64,000 nucleotides of DNA from assembly GCA_965367675.1 (NCBI GenBank), contig CBDUJZ010000001.1:20856-84855 (forward strand), given 5' to 3'. This DNA is from an uncultured Myxococcales bacterium (GTDB taxonomy: Bacteria; Myxococcota_A; Bradymonadia; REDH01). The notes under the pieces are model-generated. The model ran no database searches. It was not told the DNA's origin and saw nothing but the letters and a program-made list of their open reading frames with translations. Made by a program: the position numbers and the translations under genes. Of this stretch, positions 46,917-55,051 are shown in pieces. Every line of letters begins with the position of its first letter. Position 1 is the stretch's first letter.

Positions 46917-47926
46917 CGGTCACTCCTGCGCGCTCGGCCGCCGGTTCGGATTACGCGAAGCAGATCGCGGACCACGGTCCCTCCGGTGAGGTAGCGTCGC
47001 CAGCGTTTGAGGCGCAGGGACGGTTCGGGCGAGATGAACTCGTTGAAGATGATGCCAATGGTCTTGATGCGGGCGTTGTCGAGCCACTGGACGCTCTGTT
47101 CGAGGTCGTCGGTGCGCGTTTGGCGGCCCATGACCATGAGCACGGCGCCGTCGAATGCGTCCATCCAGTGCTGGGGGATGCCGAGCAGGCCGTCGCCGTC
47201 GAGCATGGACGGGCCGTCGACGATGACGACCAGGCCGGGTGGCCGCTGGTACGGGTCGAGCTTGGCGAGGTCGGAGACGCCGAGGATCATGTAGCGGTCG
47301 GGCGCGATGACGCTGAACTGCGGGGAGATGACGCGGGCGAAGCGGGTTTTTCCGCTGGCTTTGCCGGGCGAGGTCAGCAGGACCGTTTGGCAGCCGGATT
47401 CGCGGATGGCGGCGTCGAGTCCGACGGCGAGCTTCCGCGCGATCAGGCGTTCGTTGAGGAATGTGGAGCGGCGGGTGACCACGCGGTCGTGCGCCTCGGT
47501 GGCCTCACGGACGAGCAGGCCGGCGTCCTGAGCGCCGCTGGCGGCCTCGCGCGATGCGCCGAACACGTCGGGCGCGCTGGCGGCCGGTTCCGGCGCCGAG
47601 GCCGTCGCTGCCGGCTCGAATCCGGAGAAGATGTCGACCTCGCCGTCGGTGTCGGCCGTGGCGTTGTTGCCCGAATGCGGTCGTTGGTCGCTCGCCGCTT
47701 GCTCGGTTCGTTCGGCGCCGCGCGGGCGCCCGGGTGTAGCGCTGCGCGCGCGCATCGGGCGGTCGTCGACCACGGGGAGCGGCACGGTGCGCGGGCCGGC
47801 GATGCGGACGCGTCGGGGCCCCGCGTCCCGGTTCACGGGCTGCTTCGATGACTCCAACTCGATGAGCTGTGAGACCTCTGCGGGGTCCACGATTTGCACC
47901 TGTACTGGCTTGTCGTCGCTGGTCAT
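46913..47926 (-). CDS. BY-kinase-like P-loop ATPase (CpsD/Wze-like) without Tyr-rich tail
   Basis: Walker A LLTSPGKASGKT, A'-like LVVIVDGP, B-like AVLMVMG. The N-terminal ~165 aa are low complexity. The C-terminus has a single Tyr. ATGA overlap with the PCP gene. Confidence 0.6.
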   Translation of the reverse strand: MTSDDKPVQVQIVDPAEVSQLIELESSKQPVNRDAGPRRVRIAGPRTVPLPVVDDRPMRARSATPGRPRGAERTEQAASDQRPHSGNNATADTDGEVDIFSGFEPAATASAPEPAASAPDVFGASREAASGAQDAGLLVREATEAHDRVVTRRSTFLNERLIARKLAVGLDAAIRESGCQTVLLTSPGKASGKTRFARVISPQFSVIAPDRYMILGVSDLAKLDPYQRPPGLVVIVDGPSMLDGDGLLGIPQHWMDAFDGAVLMVMGRQTRTDDLEQSVQWLDNARIKTIGIIFNEFISPEPSLRLKRWRRYLTGGTVVRDLLRVIRTGGRARRSDR

Positions 47927-49176
47927 CAGAGCTGGCTTTCGAGCGTAACGAAGAGGAGGGCGGCCGAGCTGATCACGGCGATGTCGGAGAAGCCGCTGAC
48001 GAACTGTTCCCAGGCGTTTTCGCGGTCTGGGCGCAGGTAGAGCACGTCGCCGGGGTTGATCATTACGCTGCCCAGGGCGCCTCCGCGGCGCAGGAATCGG
48101 CGCATTCGGTAGTCGAGCGCGATCGTGTAGCCGGGGCCTTGGCGAACGTGCTGCACGCGGCGCGGGTGTCCGTCGCTGGCGGGTCCGCCGGCGAGCGCCA
48201 TGACCTCAAACAGGGGCACGGGCTCTTGGGTTTCGAGGAAGCGCGGCGTGTTGAACGCGCCGATGACGCTGATGCCCTGGCCGAGCGGGTTGGCCTCTCC
48301 CTCGTGGGAGTAGGGGATGAACAGGATGGCACCGCTGCTGCCGCCGATGGGCGACTCTCCGCCGGCCGCGATGAGCGCGGCGAGGTCGATCGACTGGGAG
48401 CCGTCGGCGGTGATGAGGCGGGCGTTTCGCAGGTCGGCGTCGATCACGGGGCCGTTGGCCAGCGCGAGCGCCATGACGGCGGTCAGGTTGTCGGTTCGGT
48501 CGAAGATTCCGGGCTGCTGCACAGCGCCCATGACGAAGACTTTGCCTTCGAGCGAGGCGTCGTCGAGCACGCGTCCGGCGCCCGAGTCGCCGATGCCGAG
48601 GCTGGCGTCTGCGGGTACGAACACGAGGTCGCCGGGGCGGAGCGTGGGGAGCGGCGTGCTGTTGCGTCGCGTGAGGTAGCCGGACACGTCTACGGGGAGC
48701 TCTTCGGTGCCGCGCTGCACGACCACCGCGCTCAGGTCCGCCGTTTCGGCCTCGCCGCCAGCGGTGCGAATGGCGGTCCATACGTCGCCGCCTTGGGGCA
48801 CGGAGTAGCGGCCGGGGTTGGCCACGTGACCGGTGACGAACACGAGCGTGCCGCGGGTCTCGACGGTCAGTCGCAGCCCGACCGTGCTGCGCAGATACGC
48901 GCGCATGTGCCGAGCCAGCGCGCGCTCGGCGTCGTCCTGGCTCAAGCCGCCGAGCTGGACGCGACCGTACACGCCGAGGCTGACCTCGTTGTATTCATCG
49001 ATGGTGACGGTCATCGGGTCGGAGCTGTCGCGCTCCGGGATGACGATGGTGAGGGTGTCACCGGCCTGCAGGTTCGGCGGTGTTTGCGCGTGACCGGCGC
49101 TCGGCGAGAAGGTCGCCACGAGCGTGAAGATCGCGGCGACGCAGGCGAGCGCCAGGAGGCGAGATGTTGTTTTCAT
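47926..49176 (-). CDS. wza: Outer-membrane polysaccharide export protein (Wza/OPX, Poly_export + SLBB)
   Basis: Signal MKTTSRLLALACVAAIFTLVA. LQAGDTLTIVI..YNEVSLGVYGRVQLGGLS (Poly_export). Repeated SLBB-like segments. Hydrophobic C-terminal helix DIAVISSAALLFVTL. Confidence 0.82.
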   Translation of the reverse strand: MKTTSRLLALACVAAIFTLVATFSPSAGHAQTPPNLQAGDTLTIVIPERDSSDPMTVTIDEYNEVSLGVYGRVQLGGLSQDDAERALARHMRAYLRSTVGLRLTVETRGTLVFVTGHVANPGRYSVPQGGDVWTAIRTAGGEAETADLSAVVVQRGTEELPVDVSGYLTRRNSTPLPTLRPGDLVFVPADASLGIGDSGAGRVLDDASLEGKVFVMGAVQQPGIFDRTDNLTAVMALALANGPVIDADLRNARLITADGSQSIDLAALIAAGGESPIGGSSGAILFIPYSHEGEANPLGQGISVIGAFNTPRFLETQEPVPLFEVMALAGGPASDGHPRRVQHVRQGPGYTIALDYRMRRFLRRGGALGSVMINPGDVLYLRPDRENAWEQFVSGFSDIAVISSAALLFVTLESQL

Positions 49177-49495
49177 GAAGTTCTTAGGACCGGCGAGTTG
49201 ATTCCGATGGGCTGGCGGTGCAGGCTGCCGCAGCGAGTGGTTGCGTCACCCGACGCGCTGCCCGTTGCAAGTGTGGCCGGTCTTTGGCCACGACGAAACG
49301 CCGTTATCCTATCGCGTTCGTTTGCGCGTCGGCAAATCCTAGTTTTCGCAAGTTGCTGATTATATTGCATACATGCGGGTGGACGTGCGCCGTGCGCCGC
49401 CGTCTCATACCCCGAACCACAGCCGCACGCACGCCCCGTGTTGCGGCCGCGTTCGGTTCCCGCCAAACCCCTGAAGATCTGTTGATGAAGTGCCT

Positions 49496-50584
49496 ATGAC
49501 CATCGCCCATGTGATCGCGCCCGGTGGTATCGGAGGCGCGGAAACGGTCACGCTCGGAGCGGTCGCTGGCTTGCGCGCTGCGGGGGCCGACGCGGCGCTC
49601 GTGGTGCTGCGTGAGCTGCGCGCGCCCGACAAGTCCGAGCCCATGATCGCACGCGCCGACGCGCTCGATATTCCGGTGCGGGTGGTCGATGTCCGCGGTC
49701 GCGTGGACATGCTGGCGCCTCGGGCGCTCCGCCGCGCCCTTGAGGGGCTCGGCGCGGAGGTGGTGCATGTGCACGGCTACAAGGCGGCGCTGCTTGCGGT
49801 GCCCGGGCGCCCGCGCGGCGCGCGGTTGTTCGCGACGCACCACGGCCAGGGCGGTCATGGCCTGCGGGTCGAGGCGTACGTGCGCGCGTCGTTGCTGGCG
49901 TACCGGCACGCGGAGCGCGTGTTCGCGGTGTCTGACGCCACGCGGGAGCACCTGCGCGGGCAGGGCGTGCCGCAGCGCCTGCTGACGACGCAGCACAACT
50001 TTCTGTCGCTGTCGCTGGGCGACGCGATTTTCCCCCCGGTTGAGGCCGAGGAGCTGCGGCTCGTCTACGTGGGACGCCTGAGTTTCGAAAAGGGCGTCGA
50101 CGTGCTGCTGCGGGCGCTCTCGTGGGTGTCCGTGCCCGTGGCCCTGACGGTGGTAGGTGACGGCCCGGAGCGGAATCGGCTCGAGGCGCTGGCCGCGGAC
50201 CTCGCCATCCCGGGTACCGTGCGTTTCGCGGGCGTGCGGGACGATGTGGCGGCGCAAATCGCGGCCGCGCACGGGCTCGTGCTGCCGTCGCGGACGGAGG
50301 GCATGCCGATGACCATGGTCGAGGCGATGGCGGTCGGTCGGCCGGTGCTCGCGACGGCGGTGGGCGGCGTGCCGGAGGCGTTTGACGCGCGGCTGGGCGG
50401 CGCGATGGTTCACCCGGAGGACCCGGGAGCGCTCGCCGCCGAGATCGATGCGCTGGCGGGACGGCGCGCGGTCGCGATTCAGGCCGCGATGGCCGGGACC
50501 GCCGATGTGCGCGAGCGGTTCTCGGTCACGCGCTGGGCTGTGGACACCCTGGCTGCCTACAGTGGAGCACAGAGGGGTGAATGA
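49496..50584 (+). CDS. Glycosyltransferase family 4 (GT-B)
   Basis: IAPGGIGGAETV at the N-terminus and LPSRTEGMPMTMVEAMAVGRPVLATAVGGVPE. The start is GTG 49490 or ATG 49496. Confidence 0.85.
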   Translation: MTIAHVIAPGGIGGAETVTLGAVAGLRAAGADAALVVLRELRAPDKSEPMIARADALDIPVRVVDVRGRVDMLAPRALRRALEGLGAEVVHVHGYKAALLAVPGRPRGARLFATHHGQGGHGLRVEAYVRASLLAYRHAERVFAVSDATREHLRGQGVPQRLLTTQHNFLSLSLGDAIFPPVEAEELRLVYVGRLSFEKGVDVLLRALSWVSVPVALTVVGDGPERNRLEALAADLAIPGTVRFAGVRDDVAAQIAAAHGLVLPSRTEGMPMTMVEAMAVGRPVLATAVGGVPEAFDARLGGAMVHPEDPGALAAEIDALAGRRAVAIQAAMAGTADVRERFSVTRWAVDTLAAYSGAQRGE

Positions 50585-50702
50585 GTTGACGGAATCGTCG
50601 CAATGAGGGATCGGGACCGCTCACGACGCGGTCCCGCGCGTCCTGCCTTGTGCCGTCGGCGCAGGGCGAGACGCCGGCTCCTAAGACGCCCGAGAACGCT
50701 TG

Positions 50703-51011
50703 ATGAACCTCAAGAAACTGCACGTTTGCATCCCCGCCATCGCACTTGCCGGCTTGTTCGCCGCGTGCGCTCCTCGGCTTGTGATCGTTCACCAGGACCC
50801 CAGCGCGTCCTTTGTGCAGATTCGCGTCGACGACGAGAACCGCGGGTTCGTTGAGCCCGGCAGCAAGTGGCGCTCCCGCGTGACGCCCGGCTACCACCGC
50901 GTCGAGGCCATCCCGCGTGGTGAGTCGGCAAACCCTTGGGCTGAGGACGGCGTCGGATGGACGGTGTTCATCGAGCGCAAGACCGAGCTCACGTTGCTGC
51001 CTCAACCTTGA
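50703..51011 (+). CDS. Small lipoprotein with PEGA-like fold
   Basis: Lipobox LAGLFAACA, then VQIRVDDENRGFV..VTPGYHRVEAIP. Confidence 0.5.
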   Translation: MNLKKLHVCIPAIALAGLFAACAPRLVIVHQDPSASFVQIRVDDENRGFVEPGSKWRSRVTPGYHRVEAIPRGESANPWAEDGVGWTVFIERKTELTLLPQP

Positions 51012-51207
51012 ACCACTTTCAGCACCAGGGGATTCGGACCGCGTTGGTTGGCGCGGCTCTCGCCCGTCGCTATGATTCTGCTGACCGACCCTCTTGGGTG
51101 CCGAAAGCTGGCGTCACGCTGCCTTTGCACCGCTCTGGAGCACCTTGACCGAAACGGACCCACGACCGCGTAAGAATCAGTCGACGTCCGCGCACGCCGT
51201 GGTGCAA

Positions 51208-51909
51208 ATGAGCATCGAAGGCCGCGAGTCGTCGGCGCTCAACGGGATCAGCGACCGTGTGCGCTTCGACGCGCCCGCTCGCTTTCCCCGCAGCGTCCTG
51301 ATCTCCAAGCGCATCATCGATGTGGTCGGCAGCGTTGTCGCGCTGCTGCTGGGGGCGCCGATCATTCTCACGGTCGCGGCCTTGGTCAAAATCACCTCGC
51401 CCGGCCCGGTGTTCTACCACCAAAGCCGCGTGCGGCGCGTGGTCGGCGGCGTCGAAGAGACGTTCGCGATGCACAAGTTCCGCACCATGGTGGTCGACGC
51501 CGAGGCGCTGTCGGGGCCGGTGTGGGCGGGCGACCGCGACCCGCGCATCACGCGCATCGGCAACTTCTTGCGCCGCAGCCGGTTGGACGAGGTCCCGCAG
51601 TTCTGGAACGTGCTCAAAGGCCAGATGAGCATCGTCGGTCCGCGTCCGGAGCGGCCGCACTTTACGTCGCAGCTCCAAGACCAGATTCCGGTGTATTACG
51701 ACCGCGCGCGCGAGTTGAAGCCGGGAATCACCGGTTGGGCGCAAGTCCGCTGCCCGTATGACGCGTCGTTCGACTCGGTGAAGACCAAGCTGCTGTACGA
51801 CCTCGCTTACGCCGCGCACTGCTACAAGCTGAGTTCGTATCTGAAGATGGAGTTCAAGATCGCGATCCTCACGGTGGTCGTGATGTTCACCGGCAAGGGC
51901 GCCAAGTAG
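51208..51909 (+). CDS. Polyprenyl-phosphate sugar-1-phosphate transferase (bacterial sugar transferase family, priming enzyme)
   Basis: Track ORF trimmed to ATG 51208. Motifs KRIIDVVGSVVALLL, SPGPVFYHQSRV, HKFRTM, DPRITRIGNFLRRSRLDEVPQFWNVLKGQMSIVGPRPERP. Confidence 0.9.
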   Translation: MSIEGRESSALNGISDRVRFDAPARFPRSVLISKRIIDVVGSVVALLLGAPIILTVAALVKITSPGPVFYHQSRVRRVVGGVEETFAMHKFRTMVVDAEALSGPVWAGDRDPRITRIGNFLRRSRLDEVPQFWNVLKGQMSIVGPRPERPHFTSQLQDQIPVYYDRARELKPGITGWAQVRCPYDASFDSVKTKLLYDLAYAAHCYKLSSYLKMEFKIAILTVVVMFTGKGAK

Positions 51910-52124
51910 GGCGTGAGGCAGCGCTCGCGTGTTCGCGGGCCTGGGCGAAGGAGGGGACGAAGCGGGCGCTGGGCGAATTTGCGGCACACTTGCGCCCAAA
52001 ATTTGCCAGGGGTGTAGCCTTTGTGCTTGCGAAGTAGGGGGAACGGGTGCATTGTCATGGAAATGAACACATGTAGGTGTGTGTGCTCGTTCTCGCACAC
52101 CGCCACCCTCGAAGAAGCAGTACA

Positions 52125-52457
52125 ATGAAGGTTCGTTCCTACTTGGTTCGAGATGAACTCAACGGGAAGCGCGCACTGGATTTCGCGTCTGAGATTGCGA
52201 GCCAGTCGATGCAGGACGTCGACGGCGTTGAGCTTTCGATGCGTTACGCCAGCGGCGTAGACGTGGCCGGCCTCGCCGTGCTCGTGCGCATGTACTCGCA
52301 GCTGCGCTCCACGGGCCGCGGCTTCGCGATGACCGAGGTGCCGGACCACATCGCGTCGCAGCTCGCAGAGATCGGTGTCACGCACCTGATCGCGGCGACG
52401 CCGAAGCCGAAGCTCCGCTGGATGGGTATTCCGTCGCGTCGCCGGGCGTTCGCGTAG
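52125..52457 (+). CDS. STAS-domain protein (anti-sigma-factor-antagonist fold)
   Basis: Track ORF trimmed to ATG 52125. VELSMRYASGVDVAGLAVLVRMYSQLRSTGRGFAMTEVPDHIASQLAEIGV matches the SpoIIAA/STAS core layout by eye. Confidence 0.65.
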   Translation: MKVRSYLVRDELNGKRALDFASEIASQSMQDVDGVELSMRYASGVDVAGLAVLVRMYSQLRSTGRGFAMTEVPDHIASQLAEIGVTHLIAATPKPKLRWMGIPSRRRAFA

Positions 52458-52634
52458 GTCGTGTCGCGTTGAAGAGTGCCTTGTTCGTCGACGCTACGGC
52501 GCGGAGAACACGGCACGCTCGGTAAGTTTGAGGGACTGGTGTTAGGCTGCCCGCCGAAGTTGCGGTCAAGTCCGCAGTTTCGCCGTTTCTCCTAACGTTC
52601 GGTCCACCGAACCCTCCGAATCCGGAGTCCGTGA

Positions 52635-54068
52635 GTGCGCTTCGACGCGTTCATATTCCCTCTGTTCTTCGCCATCGTCTTGGCGGCGTACTGGGGCTTG
52701 CGTTCGAGGCGGGCGCAGAACGTCCTGATCCTGATCGCCAGCTACGTGTTCTACGGCTGGTGGGACTGGCGCTTCTTGCTGCTCATCGGCGCCTCGACGG
52801 TGGTCGACTTTACGGTCGCCAAGGGCATCGCGGCGGCGCAGGACCGGGGCGATAGTCCGGCCGCTGCCGCGCGCGCCAAGCACCTCATGTGGGTGTCGGT
52901 TGCCGTGAACCTCGGCATCCTCGGCCTGTTCAAATACTTCGACTTCTTCGTCGGATCGGTCGCCGCAGGGCTGGGCGCGATGGGGCTTGAGGCGAACCTG
53001 CCGCTGCTGCACATCATCCTGCCCGTCGGCATCTCGTTCTATACGTTCCAGACGCTCGGCTACACGATCGACGTGTATCGTCGGGACCAGCCAGCGGAGC
53101 GCGATTGGGTGGCGTTTGCCTGCTACGTGGCGTTCTTCCCGCAGCTGGTGGCGGGCCCGATCGAGCGCGCGTCACGGCTGGTTCCGCAGTTCAGCGTGGA
53201 CCGAACGCTCGACGTGGACCGGTTCCGCTCCGGCGTCACGCTCATCGTGTTTGGCCTCGTGAAGAAGGTCGCGATCGCGGACAATATGGCGCCGCTCTCG
53301 GACTACGTGTTCGGCATCTCGGACCCTGGGTCGGTGTCCGCGCCGCTCATTCTGGCGGGCACGATCGCGTTCGCGTTCCAAATCTACGCCGACTTTAGCG
53401 GCTACTCCGACATCGCGCGCGGCACGGCTCGGCTCATGGGCTTCGAGCTCTGCGTGAACTTCGACAAGCCGTACGTGGCAGTATCGCCGAGCGACTTCTG
53501 GCGGCGCTGGCACATCTCGTTGTCCGGTTGGTTGCGCGACTACCTGTACATCCCGCTCGGCGGAAACCGCGGGGGCCCGTGGTTCACGTATCGGAACTTG
53601 GCGGCCACGATGGTGCTCGGCGGACTCTGGCACGGCGCCGCGTGGAACTTTGTGGCGTGGGGCGCGTGGCACGGCTTCATCTTGTGCGTGTACAGAATCG
53701 CGAAGATTGACGCCTACTTGGCGCGCGCCAAGCCGTGGACGCGGATGATCGCGGTGCCCGTGTTCTGGGTGCTCACGCTGTACGGCTGGCTGTTGTTCCG
53801 AGCGGGCAGCGCAGCCCAAGTGGGCGCGTTCACCAGCGGCCTGTTTGGCGCGTGGACCGACTGGCAGCTCGCGTTGCCCATCCTGCAGGTTGTGGGCTGG
53901 TTCGCGCTGCCCATCGTGGTGCATCAGGTGCTCAGCCGCGGCCTCGGCGGCGAAAAGTGGGTGCCCAGCAACCCGTGGATTTGGCGCGCCAGCATCGCCG
54001 GGGTCGCCGTGTATGGCCTGATGAACGCCCGCGCGAGCGAGACCGCCTTCCTTTACTTCCAGTTCTGA
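52635..54068 (+). CDS. MBOAT-family membrane O-acyltransferase (AlgI/DltB/PatA-like)
   Basis: ISFYTFQTLGYTIDVYRR, YADFSGYSDIARG, FWRRWHISLSGWLRDYLYIPLGGNR (catalytic His region). GTG start. Confidence 0.9.
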   Translation: MRFDAFIFPLFFAIVLAAYWGLRSRRAQNVLILIASYVFYGWWDWRFLLLIGASTVVDFTVAKGIAAAQDRGDSPAAAARAKHLMWVSVAVNLGILGLFKYFDFFVGSVAAGLGAMGLEANLPLLHIILPVGISFYTFQTLGYTIDVYRRDQPAERDWVAFACYVAFFPQLVAGPIERASRLVPQFSVDRTLDVDRFRSGVTLIVFGLVKKVAIADNMAPLSDYVFGISDPGSVSAPLILAGTIAFAFQIYADFSGYSDIARGTARLMGFELCVNFDKPYVAVSPSDFWRRWHISLSGWLRDYLYIPLGGNRGGPWFTYRNLAATMVLGGLWHGAAWNFVAWGAWHGFILCVYRIAKIDAYLARAKPWTRMIAVPVFWVLTLYGWLLFRAGSAAQVGAFTSGLFGAWTDWQLALPILQVVGWFALPIVVHQVLSRGLGGEKWVPSNPWIWRASIAGVAVYGLMNARASETAFLYFQF

Positions 54069-55051
54069 TGACGAAGACCCAACAACGCAGTTTGCGGACC
54101 GAGGTGCTCTTGTCGTCGGCGGTCATCCTCGGGTTGATTCTGGCCGCTGAGCTGGTCTTCCGCGCGATGGTGCCCGGGCTGTCCGCCAACTCGCGCACCT
54201 TGGCGGCCGCGCCGGAACGGAGCGCGCGGCTCATCGAAGCCGCCACGGAAGGCCGCCCGACGGTGCTGGTCCTCGGCAACTCGATTTCGGGCGAAGGCAT
54301 CGACGGCGAACAGCTCGCGGACCTCATCGCCGACGCCGGTTTGACCGTACAACTGGAGCATCAGCCGGCGGACACGACGGTGATGCGCGACTGGTTTTAC
54401 GAGTTCAAGAATCTGTTTGTGGCCCCGGGCGCTGCCCCGGATTGGCTGGTGTTGCCGGTAGGCGACGCGGCGCCGCTGCGACGGGTGAATGAGCGAACGG
54501 AAGACCTGATGTTCTCGTTCGTCACGTGGTCCGACATGCCGGGCTTTGTGGAGCGGAACGACATCCGCGGTCTCGAAGAGGTGTGCGGCACGGTGTTCGG
54601 TAAGTTGTCGGCGCTGTACGGGTTCCGCGGGCGTTTTCAGAAGCGCGTGCTGGTGACGCTGGCCAGCCGATACGAAGAGCTGCGCTACCAGATGCGCGAG
54701 TCGGGCGCGGCGACGTCGGGCGAGGACCAGATTAGTGAGGACGCGCAGTGGGCCCGGGCGCTCGCGGCGCTGGCGCAGGAGCACGGCACCGAGGTGTTGA
54801 TCGTGGCGATGCCCACCGACGCCATCGAGAGCACGATCCCGGAGACGGACCGCGCGTTGGCGCGAGAGCTGGGCTGGGGCGTTATCGCGCCGGGGCTCGG
54901 CCACGAGTGGACCCGCGCCGATCGCCCCGATGGCCTGCACCTGGAGGCCCCCGCCCGCGCGCGCTTTACGGCGCTCCTGGCCACGGAGCTGGTTCGGGTT
55001 TTGCGCTCGGGAGAGGCGCCCGAAGGTGACAGACTCCTGGCGCCGCAGTGA
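54068..55051 (+). CDS. Membrane-anchored SGNH-like protein, likely partner of the MBOAT
   Basis: ATG 54068 overlaps the MBOAT TGA (TGATG). N-terminal TM LLSSAVILGLILAAELVF. Block-I-like VLVLGNSISG and block-V-like RPDGLHLE (DxxH). This is a by-eye call. Confidence 0.5.
   Translation: MTKTQQRSLRTEVLLSSAVILGLILAAELVFRAMVPGLSANSRTLAAAPERSARLIEAATEGRPTVLVLGNSISGEGIDGEQLADLIADAGLTVQLEHQPADTTVMRDWFYEFKNLFVAPGAAPDWLVLPVGDAAPLRRVNERTEDLMFSFVTWSDMPGFVERNDIRGLEEVCGTVFGKLSALYGFRGRFQKRVLVTLASRYEELRYQMRESGAATSGEDQISEDAQWARALAALAQEHGTEVLIVAMPTDAIESTIPETDRALARELGWGVIAPGLGHEWTRADRPDGLHLEAPARARFTALLATELVRVLRSGEAPEGDRLLAPQ

Noticed and set aside
41642-55051. A Dlt-like D-alanylation system (MBOAT + SGNH-like + PPTase + AMP-ligase)
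   Set aside because: No small carrier-protein ORF with a phosphopantetheine Ser motif is visible. The two AMP-ligases are ~600-aa FAA1-type enzymes located 5-6 kb or more outside the locus. The idea is kept only as a speculative pointer in the PPTase finding.
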